Shown: positions 1 to 10,744 of the stretch, one piece after another | Layout of the letters: each line of letters begins with the position of its first letter | How positions within the stretch are numbered: position 1 is the first letter of the stretch | Source of the DNA: Candidatus Eiseniibacteriota bacterium | GTDB taxonomy: Bacteria > Eisenbacteria > RBG-16-71-46 | Direction of reading: 5' to 3' | DNA length: 64,000 nucleotides | Assembly: GCA_963776245.1 (NCBI GenBank) | Contig: CAVZLN010000009.1 | Coordinates: forward strand, 64,001-128,000 | The notes under the pieces: model-generated | Databases searched by the model: none | What the model saw: the letters and a program-made list of their open reading frames with translations, nothing else | What the model was told of the DNA's origin: nothing | Program-made: the position numbers and the translations under genes

Positions 1-1154
1 GCGTCAGCGGCGCACAGGTAGGTGGTCTCGCGCTTGTTCAGCGCCGCCGGGTCGCCCGCGGGATCGGTCTTCATGGTCTGCCGCATGTCGATGAGTCGCG
101 CGCGCTCCTTCGCGTAGGCCTTGGAGAGCAGTTCCTGCACCGGAACCTTCGCGAACGCCGGGTCGGCGTAGTAGCGCGCGCGATCGGCGAAGGCGAGCTT
201 CTTGGCCTCGACCATCACATGCCAGAAGTCCGCCGAGCCGCGGCCCATGCTCTTGAGGTCGTAGCCTTCGAGGATGTTCAGCATCTGGAGCGCAGCCAGC
301 CCCTGGCTGTTGGGCGGCAGTTCCCACACCGTGTAGCCGCGATAGTCGGTGGAGATCGGCGCGTCCCAGGTCGAGGCGTGGCGCGCGAAGTCCTGCTGCG
401 CGAAGAACCCGCCGTGCGCCTGTGAGTAGCGCACCAGCGCGTCCGCGATGGCGCCCTTGTAGTACGCGTCGCGCCCCTTCTCCGCCAGCAGACGGAGGGT
501 CTTCGCCAGCGCCGGGTTCCTGAAGGTCTCACCCTCGCGCGGCGCGCGCCCACCGGGCATGAAGACGTCCGCGAAGCCGGGCATGTCCTTGAATCGCCTG
601 GCCCCCCGGCCCCAGTCGTCCGCGATCACCGGCGAGAGCGGGAAGCCCTCCTCGGCATAGCGGATGGCGGGTGCGAGCACGCGCTTCATGGGCAGCCGCC
701 CGAAGCGGCCGTGGAGCGCGAACCACCCGTCGCAGGCTCCCGGCACCGTCCACGCGTAGGGCGAGTAGAGCGGGATGGTGCCGTCGGCTTCGGGCTTCAC
801 CTTGTCCACCGTGAGCGCGAGCGGCGCGCGGCCGGAGGCATTGAGCCCCACCACCTGCCGGGTCTTCGGATCCCAGACGATGGCGAACAGGTCACCGCCC
901 AGCCCGTTCGCGGTCGGCTCCATCAGTCCCAGGCAGGCGTTCACCGCGATGGCGGCGTCCACCGCGCTCCCGCCCTCCTTCAGCACCTCGAGCCCCGCCT
1001 GCACCGCCAGCGGCTGCGCCGCGCACACCATGCCGTGGGGCGCCCACACCACCGAGCGGGTGGCTTCGCCGCGCGCGGCGAAGCAGTCCTGATCGAAGGC
1101 TGCGGTCACGAGCAGCGCCGCGAGCGGGACGAGCGGAAGCGCGGACGGGCGCAT
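1..1154 (-). CDS. ggt: Gamma-glutamyltransferase (3' end runs off the window)
   Basis: Not in the ORF track; translated by hand from the ATG at 1154: signal peptide, GGSAVDAAIAVNACLGLMEPTANGLGGDLF, TVPG, WELPPNSQG, and the autocleavage site RE/TTYLCAAD at the window edge. Confidence 0.92.
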   Translation of the reverse strand, partial: MRPSALPLVPLAALLVTAAFDQDCFAARGEATRSVVWAPHGMVCAAQPLAVQAGLEVLKEGGSAVDAAIAVNACLGLMEPTANGLGGDLFAIVWDPKTRQVVGLNASGRAPLALTVDKVKPEADGTIPLYSPYAWTVPGACDGWFALHGRFGRLPMKRVLAPAIRYAEEGFPLSPVIADDWGRGARRFKDMPGFADVFMPGGRAPREGETFRNPALAKTLRLLAEKGRDAYYKGAIADALVRYSQAHGGFFAQQDFARHASTWDAPISTDYRGYTVWELPPNSQGLAALQMLNILEGYDLKSMGRGSADFWHVMVEAKKLAFADRARYYADPAFAKVPVQELLSKAYAKERARLIDMRQTMKTDPAGDPAALNKRETTYLCAAD

Positions 1155-1315
1155 GGGACGGTCTCCGGGTGAGGGTGGCGAGCGACCATGCGCGCGAGCG
1201 TAGCCGCATCAACCGGTCGCTGCAATCGGCGCGGTCGCGCGCACCGGGCGTCCGCGCATCGGCGCGCCCGGGTGGCCGTCCTCCGGGACCGGCTGCCGCC
1301 CGGAGCGCGCGCCGT

Positions 1316-1345
1316 TTGAGCGCGCTCGAAGCGCTCCCCTATACT
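1316..1345 (+). promoter_or_regulatory. Putative sigma70 promoter of the acyl-CoA dehydrogenase gene
   Basis: TTGAGC-18 nt-TATACT, about 55 nt upstream of the ATG, which has a GAGGAG RBS. Confidence 0.55.
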
Positions 1346-1399
1346 GCCGCGCGGCACGCAGCAGCCCCCCACCCGACCGCATCACTCGAGGAGCACTTC

Positions 1400-2584
<1,185 letters not shown>

Positions 2585-2730
2585 TCGGGCGGGGTCGGAT
2601 CCACCGCGGGCGGGCCGCGAAGCCGGGGACGACCTCACCCTCCTCACGCTGCGCGTCCTCGAGCCGGGGTCCGCGACCGGCGTGGTGCCCGCGCGCGCCG
2701 GAGGTCCCGTCCGGCCGCCATCCTCCCGGA

Positions 2731-2764
2731 CGACCGTCCATCCGGCCCCTCCGACCGCTCGTCG
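2731..2764 (+). promoter_or_regulatory. Putative LytTR-family operator (two direct repeats 21 bp apart)
   Basis: CGACCGTCCATC (2731) and CGACCGCTCGTC (2752) resemble the AlgR site ACCGTTCGTC and lie upstream of a LytS/LytTR operon. Confidence 0.5.
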
Positions 2765-2826
2765 GGTGCCGCGTTCCCCGGCGGCGGACATGCGCGGAAC
2801 ATGGGAGTGACGAAGGGAGCCCCGAG

Positions 2827-3930
2827 GTGCCCGAGACCGAACGAACCAACCGACGCCCACCGCTCGCCGACCTGTTGCTGACATTGCTCCGGCAGCCGCT
2901 GTGGGCGCTGCCCTTCGCGTTCTTCTTCGGCACCATCTTCGGCGCCCGCTGGCGCACGTACGTCCAGGCCTACCAGGTGTCGCTGGTGTTCTCGCTCACC
3001 ATCGGGCTGGCGCTCTGGGCGGTGAAGCACTTCCTCGAACCGCGTCTCGTCCGGTGGATGCCGCGCGGTCGCGACCTCGGCCTGCGCATCGGGACCGCCT
3101 ACACGCTGTCGGCGCTCGCGGCCTCGTACATCGCCGCCTATCTCATCCACTTCACCGTGATGCCCGGGTTCATGGGCTCGCCGCGCTCGGTGCTGATCGC
3201 GACGCTCTACACCCTCCTGTTCGTGGCGCTGTTCGGTGGCATCAACTTCGCGATCGCGTTCTACCGCGTGGCGATGGAACAGTCGCGCGCGATCGAGCGC
3301 CAGCGTGGCGAGCTGGCGCGGGCCGAGCTGCGGGCGCTGCGGGCCCGGATCCATCCCCACTTCCTGTTCAACACCCTCAACACCATCACCGCGCTCATCG
3401 CCGAGAGTCCCCGCGACGCCGAGGACACCACCACACGCCTGGCCGACCTGTTCCGCTACACGCTCGCCGCGTCCGAACGCGAACACCAGCGCTTCGCCGA
3501 CGAGCTGGCATTCCTGCGGGACTACCTCGCCATCGAGCGCACCCGCTTCGGCGATCGTCTGCGGCTGCGTGAGGAGGTGGCGTCTGGTCTCGAGGCGGTG
3601 CCGGTGCCGAGCCTCCTGCTGCAGCCGTTGGTCGAGAACGCGGTCCGGCACGGCATCGCCCCGCGCGTCGCGGGCGGAACCATCGTGCTCGCCGCGCGGC
3701 GCCATGGCGAGACCCTCGAGATCGACGTGATCGACGACGGTCCGGGGCTCTCCGCCGTCCCCGACCCCGACGGCGGCGGGTTCGGCCTGCATTCGGTCCG
3801 CGAGCGGCTGCGGCTCGCCGGACCGCCGCACGCGCTCCACGTCGATTCGGTTCCCGGGCAGGGCACGCGCGTGCGCGTCGTGCTCCCGCTCACCCTGCCT
3901 TCCACCCCGGCTTCGGGAGGTCCCTCATGA
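2827..3930 (+). CDS. LytS/YehU-family membrane sensor histidine kinase
   Basis: Four hydrophobic helices, then ARIHPHFLFNTLNTI, LQPLVENAVRHG, DDGPG, GFGLHSVRERL. The GTG start at 2827 is inferred. Confidence 0.9.
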   Translation: MPETERTNRRPPLADLLLTLLRQPLWALPFAFFFGTIFGARWRTYVQAYQVSLVFSLTIGLALWAVKHFLEPRLVRWMPRGRDLGLRIGTAYTLSALAASYIAAYLIHFTVMPGFMGSPRSVLIATLYTLLFVALFGGINFAIAFYRVAMEQSRAIERQRGELARAELRALRARIHPHFLFNTLNTITALIAESPRDAEDTTTRLADLFRYTLAASEREHQRFADELAFLRDYLAIERTRFGDRLRLREEVASGLEAVPVPSLLLQPLVENAVRHGIAPRVAGGTIVLAARRHGETLEIDVIDDGPGLSAVPDPDGGGFGLHSVRERLRLAGPPHALHVDSVPGQGTRVRVVLPLTLPSTPASGGPS

Positions 3931-4706
3931 CCCGCCCCTGCATCCTCGCGCTCGCCCTCGCCGCGGTGTCCGCCCTGCCGGCGGACGCACCCGCGGGGCC
4001 CGCACTCGCCCCCGCGCGCGGCGCGCTCCAGTCCGCGGTGAACCGCGGCGATGCCGGCGCCATCCTCGCCGCGCGCGCACAGTTCGAATCCGCCGCCGTC
4101 GCCGACCCGAAGTCCGCCGCGCCTCGCTACTGGGTCGCACTGGCGGACTGGCGCACCCTTCCTCTGGTCGGGGAGAAGGACAAGGAGCAGGCGAAGCGCA
4201 TCGCCCGGGACGGGCTCAAGCGCATCGACGAGGCGCTCCAGCTCGATCCGAAGGCCGGCGCCGCCTACGCGTTGAAGGCCGCGTTGCAGGGCATGAGCAT
4301 CGGCCTCGAGCCGTCCTCGATGATGACGCTCGGTCCCGACTCCGAAGTCAATTTCCAGCGCGCACGCGCGCTGGCGCCGGACGATCCCCGCGTCTGGCTG
4401 CTCGACGGGATCGGCGCGCTCAACAAGCCCGCGAGCTTCGGCGGCGGCGCCGCAGCCGCGCTGGCACGCTTCACGAAGGCGCAGGAACTGTTCGCGGCCG
4501 CACCGGCCGACAGCGCCGGCGAGTTCGGCTGGGGGCGCGACGACGCGTTCCTGTGGGCGGGGCGGGCCGAGATGGGGCGCGGGAACTTCGCCGCGTCGGT
4601 GACGCTGTTCAGGCAGGCCCTCGCCGCGAATCCCTCGAACGGCTGGGTGTCGCGCGGACTCCTTCCCGGGGCGGAGCAGGCGCTCCGGGAGCAGGGAGCG
4701 AAGTGA
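3927..4706 (+). CDS. Exported TPR-repeat protein
   Basis: Signal peptide and helical repeats (EALQLDP, ARALAPDDP, QALAANP); ATGA overlap with the kinase. Confidence 0.75.
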   Translation: MTRPCILALALAAVSALPADAPAGPALAPARGALQSAVNRGDAGAILAARAQFESAAVADPKSAAPRYWVALADWRTLPLVGEKDKEQAKRIARDGLKRIDEALQLDPKAGAAYALKAALQGMSIGLEPSSMMTLGPDSEVNFQRARALAPDDPRVWLLDGIGALNKPASFGGGAAAALARFTKAQELFAAAPADSAGEFGWGRDDAFLWAGRAEMGRGNFAASVTLFRQALAANPSNGWVSRGLLPGAEQALREQGAK

Positions 4707-6964
4707 ATCGCGGGTCCCTTCCGCCCGCGCGGCTCGCGGCCGGGATCGCGCGCGGCCTCGGGCCCGTGCACAGGCTCGCGCTGGCGATCATGCTCGCCGC
4801 CGGTCCGGTCGGGGCCGCCTCCACGGTCCGCATCACCGGTGTGGTGGTCGATCGCATGGGCCGGCCGGTGGAGTACGCGTCGATCGCCTGCCCGGCCCAT
4901 CGCACCGGAGCGGCGGCGGACGATCAGGGCCGCTTCGCGCTCGAGTTGCCTCCGGGCCGCACGCAGCTCGAGGTCTCGCAGATGGGCTACGAACGTGCGC
5001 GCCTGGTGGTGACCGTGACGGATGGCCTGGCACCCCTGCGAGTGGTGCTCGGGGACGAGCCGCTCGAACTGGCCGAGGTGCAGGTGGCGACCTCGGCCTT
5101 CGGCCGGGCCGGCAAGAGCGAAGGCGCGACGCTGCGGCGCATGGACGTCATCATGACGCCCGGCGGCACCGCGGACATCATGCAGTCCCTGCGCGCGCTG
5201 CCCGGCATCAACGCTCCCAACGAGGGCGCCGCCGTGTACGTGCGCGGCGGCGACCCGAGCGAGACGCTGATCCGCCTCGACGGCAACGAGGTCGGGCATC
5301 CCTACCACTACGAAGGCGCTTCGGGCGGCCTGTTCAGCGCCTTCGATCCCTACCTGGTGAAGGGCGCGTTCTTCTCCAGCGGCGGGTTCTCCGCGCGCTA
5401 CGGCGGCGTGCTCTCCGGGGTGCTCGACATCGAGACCCAGGACCCCGGCGATCAGCGCAGCGTGAACGCCGGGGTGAACATGGCGGGAGTGAACCTGGCC
5501 TCCTCGTGGGCGCTGGTGCCCGGCCGCCTGGCCGCCCTGGTCTCGGGGCGCTACAGCGACACCGGCGTGCTGATGCGGGTGTATGGCTCGAATGCCGACT
5601 ACGAGCGCACGCCACTCAGCCACGATGCCGCGGGCAAGCTGGTCTGGCGCTACTCACCCACCGGCCGCGTGACCCTGCTGGCGCTTCAGAACGGCGATCG
5701 CACCGCCCTGAGGGTGCGCACGCTCAACGTGGAGTCCACGTATCGCGAGCGCGCCGCCAACGGCCTCGGCACGCTGGAGGTGTCGGACGCGATCGGCGAG
5801 CGTCTCGCGGTGCACGCGCGCGGAGCGTGGCAGCGCTACGCCGCCGACTGGCGCTACTCGGACTTCGGCACCTCGCGCGAGGAGCGCGATCTGCAGGGCA
5901 ATCTCGAGGCGATCTGGACGCCGCATCCGCGCCACGCGCTCGCCTTCGGCGCCAGCCTCCCGCGGCGCGCGGTGCGGATCGTGGGGACGCTGCCGGCCGA
6001 CAGCGTGGACCTCGCCGCGGGCGCGCCATCGAGGGCCTACGCCACCCGGCCGACGCTCGAGACTCCGGGCGTGTTCGTGGAGGACAAGTTGCGCGTGTGG
6101 GGTCCCGTGTACGCCACCCTCGGCGCGCGTGCCGACCGGATCTCGAACGTGCCGACGTGGACCTTCGACCCGCGCGCGGCCCTGGCCTGGCGCATGGACG
6201 ACCACCAGACCGTGCGCGTCGCCGCCGGGCGCTACCATCAGGCGGCCGACCCGCGTAACCTCGATCCGGTCTACGGCAATCCGCGCCTGGGACCCGCGCG
6301 CGCCGACCACGTGATCGCCGGCTGGGAGTGGCTCTCGGACGACGCCAATCTGCGGCTCGAGGCGTTCCGCAAGGACTACCGCGCGCTCGTCACGGACGAC
6401 TCGCTGGCGTTCCACGCCAACCGCGGCCGGGGCTACGCGCGCGGCGTGGACGTGTTCGTGAAGGGCTCGCACCGCTGGACCAGCGGCTGGCTCTCCTACG
6501 GCTACCTCGACACCCGCCGCCGCGAAGGGGACGACCCGCGCGAGCTGCCCGCCGCCTACGGGGTCAAGCACTCGCTGACGCTGGTCGGGAACTACCAATG
6601 GAGCGGCGTGTGGATCCTCGGCGTCCGCTACGGCTGGTCCTCGGGGCGCCCATGGACACCGGTGGCGGACCGGCTGTGGGACCCCTCCCGCGCGATCTGG
6701 CGTCCGGTGTACGCCGAGAACCGCTCGGCGCTGATGCCGGCGTACCATCGGCTCGACGTGCGCGCGACGCGGCTCTTCACGCTCCCGAAGGGGCTCGGGC
6801 TCCCGGCCAGCGCGCCGTGCGCCGCCTACGTCGAGGGGCTCAACGTGCTCGGCATCCGCAACGTGCTCGAGTACGTCTACGCCTATGACTACTCGCAGCG
6901 CATCGCGCTCGACTCCTACTTCTCGAGCCGGATGCTCGTGGCCGGCGTGTCGCTGACGTGGTAG
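4703..6964 (+). CDS. TonB-dependent receptor with N-terminal carboxypeptidase-regulatory-like domain
   Basis: ITGVVVDRMGRPVEYASI, plug motifs ALPGI/VYVRGG/GGFSARYGGVLSGVLDI, PAYHRLDVR, C-terminal VSLTW. GTGA overlap. Confidence 0.88.
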   Translation: MNRGSLPPARLAAGIARGLGPVHRLALAIMLAAGPVGAASTVRITGVVVDRMGRPVEYASIACPAHRTGAAADDQGRFALELPPGRTQLEVSQMGYERARLVVTVTDGLAPLRVVLGDEPLELAEVQVATSAFGRAGKSEGATLRRMDVIMTPGGTADIMQSLRALPGINAPNEGAAVYVRGGDPSETLIRLDGNEVGHPYHYEGASGGLFSAFDPYLVKGAFFSSGGFSARYGGVLSGVLDIETQDPGDQRSVNAGVNMAGVNLASSWALVPGRLAALVSGRYSDTGVLMRVYGSNADYERTPLSHDAAGKLVWRYSPTGRVTLLALQNGDRTALRVRTLNVESTYRERAANGLGTLEVSDAIGERLAVHARGAWQRYAADWRYSDFGTSREERDLQGNLEAIWTPHPRHALAFGASLPRRAVRIVGTLPADSVDLAAGAPSRAYATRPTLETPGVFVEDKLRVWGPVYATLGARADRISNVPTWTFDPRAALAWRMDDHQTVRVAAGRYHQAADPRNLDPVYGNPRLGPARADHVIAGWEWLSDDANLRLEAFRKDYRALVTDDSLAFHANRGRGYARGVDVFVKGSHRWTSGWLSYGYLDTRRREGDDPRELPAAYGVKHSLTLVGNYQWSGVWILGVRYGWSSGRPWTPVADRLWDPSRAIWRPVYAENRSALMPAYHRLDVRATRLFTLPKGLGLPASAPCAAYVEGLNVLGIRNVLEYVYAYDYSQRIALDSYFSSRMLVAGVSLTW

Positions 6965-6974
6965 AAGTCCCGCC

Positions 6975-7742
6975 ATGAGCGACTCCCGATTGCGCATCGT
7001 GCTGGTCGACGACGAGCCCCTCGCCCGCGCCCGCGCCCGGCGCCTCCTCGGCGAGCTCGGCGGGTCCGAGGTGGTGGCCGAGGCGGGCTCGGCGGGCGAG
7101 GCGCGCCGGGTCATCGCCGCCACACGGCCCGACCTGCTGCTGCTCGACGTGCAGATGCCCGGCGAGGACGGCTTCGCGCTGCTGAGCAGTCTCGACCCGC
7201 GCCCCGCCGTGGTGTTCGTCACCGCCTACGACCAGTACGCGGTGCGCGCGTTCGAGGAGAACGCGGTGGACTACCTGCTCAAGCCGTTCCGCGCCGACCG
7301 ACTGGCGACCGCGCTCGCGCGCGCGCGCCGCGACCTGGCGCATCCCGAGGATGTGTCGCGGCGGCTCGAGCAGGTGCTGGCCGCGCTGGGCCGGGGCACG
7401 CCCTCGCACCTCGAGCGGCTGACGGTGCGGGTCGGCGCGAAGCAGTTGATCGTCCGGGTCGAGGACGTGCTGTGGTTCGGAGCCGAGGACAAGCTGGTGT
7501 TCGCCGCCACCGCGGGCGACCGCCACTGGCTCGACCTGACGCTCGACCACCTCGAGCGCCGGCTCGACCCGCGCCGCTTCGCGCGCGTCCATCGCGGGGC
7601 GATCGTGAATCTCGACCGGGCCGCCGCCCTGCGCCCCGCATTCGCCGGCACCTGGCGGCTCCAGCTCGACGACGAGGCGCGCACCGAGGTGCCCGTGAGC
7701 CGCGCCCGCGCGCGCGCCCTGCGCGAGCGCCTCGGGGCCTGA
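6975..7742 (+). CDS. LytTR-family response regulator
   Basis: Receiver (VDDEPLAR, LLDVQMP, FVTAYDQYA, DYLLKP) plus LytTR domain (FARVHRGAIVN, VPVSR). Confidence 0.93.
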   Translation: MSDSRLRIVLVDDEPLARARARRLLGELGGSEVVAEAGSAGEARRVIAATRPDLLLLDVQMPGEDGFALLSSLDPRPAVVFVTAYDQYAVRAFEENAVDYLLKPFRADRLATALARARRDLAHPEDVSRRLEQVLAALGRGTPSHLERLTVRVGAKQLIVRVEDVLWFGAEDKLVFAATAGDRHWLDLTLDHLERRLDPRRFARVHRGAIVNLDRAAALRPAFAGTWRLQLDDEARTEVPVSRARARALRERLGA

Positions 7743-7778
7743 CCGCCCGAGCGCCCCGCGAGCGCGCCCGGAGGTCCG

Positions 7779-8921
7779 CTACGCCCCGGCGCTCTCGGCC
7801 GCCAGCTCGGCGATGCGGCGCCGCTCCGCCTGGGTCAGGAACCAGACCGCGATCAGGATGAACACCACCGAGGCCCAGTCCTGGGCCGTCGGCCACTTGA
7901 GGCCGAACAACAGCGCCAGCAGCAGCGTGGCGGTGATGCCGGCGACCAGCGAGGTGAGCCGGTTCACCAGCCCGGCGAAGGTGGCGGTGCGCCCCTTGAA
8001 CATGAAGATGAACACCGAGAAGAACGCCACCGCGCCGTACGGCACGCCCGACAGGATGGCGGTCCACTCGGGGCGCGCGACCGCGGCCGCGAAGGTCGTG
8101 ATGCGCACGTCGGTCCAGCCGAACAGGCCCGGCGACAGGAAGAAGAAGGTGCACGCCACCACCATGGTCAGCGACGCCGCGATCTGCTCGATGGCGAAGA
8201 AGCCCTTGTTGTCGAGCTCCACCCCCTTGGCGCGCGTGTTCTTGAAGAAGTTCATGATGTAGATGCGGATGGTGTACGCCGCGATGTAGAGGCCCATGAT
8301 GGTGAGCGCCGGCACCGAATGGATGAAGTCGAACTGGTTCTTGCCGAGCGCCGAGGCGAGCCCGAACGCCTGTGCCACGTGGATCCCGCGCGCCTCGAGC
8401 ATCCCCACGATCGGGAGCAGCAGCACGTTGGTGGCCACCGCGAGCAGCGCGAACACCACCGCCCAGTTCTCCTCCGCGTACACCCGCTTGCGCAGGATCC
8501 CCTGCCGGATCTGCACCTCGTCCACCAGCCGGCTGATCACGATGATGCTGCCGCGCATGATCACCATCGCGACCATCACCGAGATCGGCAGCGTGTACAT
8601 GAGCGTCGTGGTCGGGATCACCACCGCGGTGCACACGCCCGACGGGATGATGTAGGCGACCTCATAGGGCACCTGGAACGGCCCGACGCGGACCAGCCGG
8701 TTCGAGCGCAGGCGGATCCAGCCCGCGATGAACACCACGGCGAGCGCGATGAGGCTGCCACCGAGCGTGTTGTTGAAGAGATACGCCATCTCCGACATCG
8801 CGGGATGGCGCAGGGCGGTGAAGTACTTCACCAGCACGCCGGTCAGGACGTAGAAGGAGAAATACCCCGCGCACAGCTGGAGCAGTTGGGCGGTGCTTCC
8901 CGAGGACTTGTTCGAGGTCAC
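7779..8921 (-). CDS. Multi-pass membrane protein, possibly DMT/EamA-like
   Basis: About 10 hydrophobic segments and host-like codon use; coupled to fdhD. No family motif recognised. Confidence 0.7.
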   Translation of the reverse strand: MTSNKSSGSTAQLLQLCAGYFSFYVLTGVLVKYFTALRHPAMSEMAYLFNNTLGGSLIALAVVFIAGWIRLRSNRLVRVGPFQVPYEVAYIIPSGVCTAVVIPTTTLMYTLPISVMVAMVIMRGSIIVISRLVDEVQIRQGILRKRVYAEENWAVVFALLAVATNVLLLPIVGMLEARGIHVAQAFGLASALGKNQFDFIHSVPALTIMGLYIAAYTIRIYIMNFFKNTRAKGVELDNKGFFAIEQIAASLTMVVACTFFFLSPGLFGWTDVRITTFAAAVARPEWTAILSGVPYGAVAFFSVFIFMFKGRTATFAGLVNRLTSLVAGITATLLLALLFGLKWPTAQDWASVVFILIAVWFLTQAERRRIAELAAESAGA

Positions 8922-9766
8922 GACAGCCTTCCCTGAGCCGCGCCGCTTCCGTGCGGCGCGAGGCGGTCACCGCCGCCGTAGACGTTCATACGACCTTCCC
9001 GCAGGAATCCCACCAGCGTCATCCCGGCGGTCTCCGCGAGCTCGATGGCGAGCGTGGTCGGCGCGCCCACGGCGGCCAGCGCGGGGATGCGCGCCCGCGC
9101 TGCCTTGAGCACCAGCTCCGCGCCGGCGCGCCCGCTCACCCACAGCAGTCCGGACGCGGCGGGATAGCGCCCGCGCGCGACCAGGGTGCCACACACCTTG
9201 TCCACGGCATTATGCCGGCCGACGTCCTCGCGGACCACCTCCACCTCCAGCTCGTCGGTGCAGAGCGCCGCCGCGTGGAGTCCCCCGGTGGCCGCGAATC
9301 CCGCCTGCGCCCGCCGCAGCCGCGCCGGCAATCCCGCGAGCGCCACCGGATCGAGCCGGGCCGTCACCGGCATCGGCGTGAGCCCGGCGCGGAGGGCATC
9401 GAGATGGGCGCGCCCGCACAGTCCGCAGGACGCGGTCGCGGCGAAATGGCGCTCCAGCCGCGTCCAATCCACCACCCCGCCCGGGGCGAGCGACACCTCC
9501 ACGACGTCCGGCTGGTCGGCGCACGCGGCGAGGGACGCGCGCACCTCGAGCACGTCGCCGCGGCCGCGGATGACGCCCTCGGAGGCGAGGAACCCCAGCA
9601 CCAGTTCGGCGTCGTGCCCGGGGCTGCGCAGGGTGACCGCCAGCGGGTGTCCGTCCACGCGGATCTCGAGCGCCCGTTCGACCGCCACCGCGTCGGCGAC
9701 CCGCTCGGCCCCGTCCGCCGTCACGCGGAGGACGGGCCGCGACGCCACCAGCGAGCCGGGGTCCAT
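8918..9766 (-). CDS. fdhD: Molybdoenzyme accessory sulfurtransferase FdhD
   Basis: SCGLCG, TGGLHAA, REDVGRHNAVDKV, SGR, GAPTTLA. Confidence 0.92.
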   Translation of the reverse strand: MDPGSLVASRPVLRVTADGAERVADAVAVERALEIRVDGHPLAVTLRSPGHDAELVLGFLASEGVIRGRGDVLEVRASLAACADQPDVVEVSLAPGGVVDWTRLERHFAATASCGLCGRAHLDALRAGLTPMPVTARLDPVALAGLPARLRRAQAGFAATGGLHAAALCTDELEVEVVREDVGRHNAVDKVCGTLVARGRYPAASGLLWVSGRAGAELVLKAARARIPALAAVGAPTTLAIELAETAGMTLVGFLREGRMNVYGGGDRLAPHGSGAAQGRLS

Positions 9767-9771
9767 GCCGC

Positions 9772-10572
9772 TCAGACCTTCGGGTGGCCGGTCCGGACCG
9801 CGACCGTTCCGTCCGCGAGGGTCTCGAGCCGGTAGTCGGCGAACATCGACGGCGCCTCGGCCTGCATCAGGCGCAGCATCTCGAGCGCCACCTTGCGGAT
9901 CTCGAGGTCCGCGAACTCCGAGCCGCGCATCTCGATGAAATGGCGCAGCGCGCGGGCGTTGCCGGTGACGAAGATCTTGGTCTCGGTGGCGTTGGGCAGC
10001 ACCGAGCGCGCGGCCTGCCGGGCCAGCTTGCGGCGCAGGGTCCGGTCGGGCTCGGCGGCGTAGCGCTGCTCCAGACCCGCCACCAGCCGGTCGTAAGCGC
10101 CTCGGGCGGCGTTCACCGATTCGGTCCAGATGGCGTGCAACGCGGGGTCGGCCGCGATGGCGTCGGGCTCGACGTACGGCGACTCCGACTCATCCACGTA
10201 GCGCTGGGACAACTGCGAGTAGGAGAAGTGGCGGTGCCGGACCAGCTCGTGCGTGAACGATCGGGAGACGCCGGTGATCAGGAACGACCACACCCCGTGC
10301 TCGAGCACCGAGCCGTGGCCGACCTCGACGAGGTGCCCGAGGAACTCGGCGTTGGTCTTGCGACCCTTGCCGTACGACATGTAGCACACCCGTCCGGCCA
10401 TCTCCGCCAGCGCCTCGGCGCCGATCTCGGTGTCGGTCTGCCAGGCCAGCGCGTGGTCGCCGAGAAAACGATCGATCGCCTCGCGGTCGAGCGTCTGGCG
10501 GCCCACCAGGTACACGCTCGGCTCGCGGACGATCCGCAGCTCCTTCGAGGTCGTGGTCTCCACCGCATCCAT
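9772..10572 (-). CDS. thyX: FAD-dependent thymidylate synthase
   Basis: AGRVCYMS, GHGSVLEH, RHRHFSYSQLSQRY (RHRx7S signature), ARSVLPNATET. Confidence 0.95.
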   Translation of the reverse strand: MDAVETTTSKELRIVREPSVYLVGRQTLDREAIDRFLGDHALAWQTDTEIGAEALAEMAGRVCYMSYGKGRKTNAEFLGHLVEVGHGSVLEHGVWSFLITGVSRSFTHELVRHRHFSYSQLSQRYVDESESPYVEPDAIAADPALHAIWTESVNAARGAYDRLVAGLEQRYAAEPDRTLRRKLARQAARSVLPNATETKIFVTGNARALRHFIEMRGSEFADLEIRKVALEMLRLMQAEAPSMFADYRLETLADGTVAVRTGHPKV

Positions 10573-10744
10573 GGGTGCTCCGGTTCATCGCGCGTCGCGG
10601 CACGCGCCGGTGAGGAGATGTCGTGTCCCGCCCCACGGCGGGGCGGCCTGCGGGCCCGTCGCGCGCCAGGCGCGGAGCGGGCGGATCCATCGGCGCACTC
10701 TATCACGCGCGTCACCCCGCGCGAGCCGTGGAAGTCGTGCCCGC

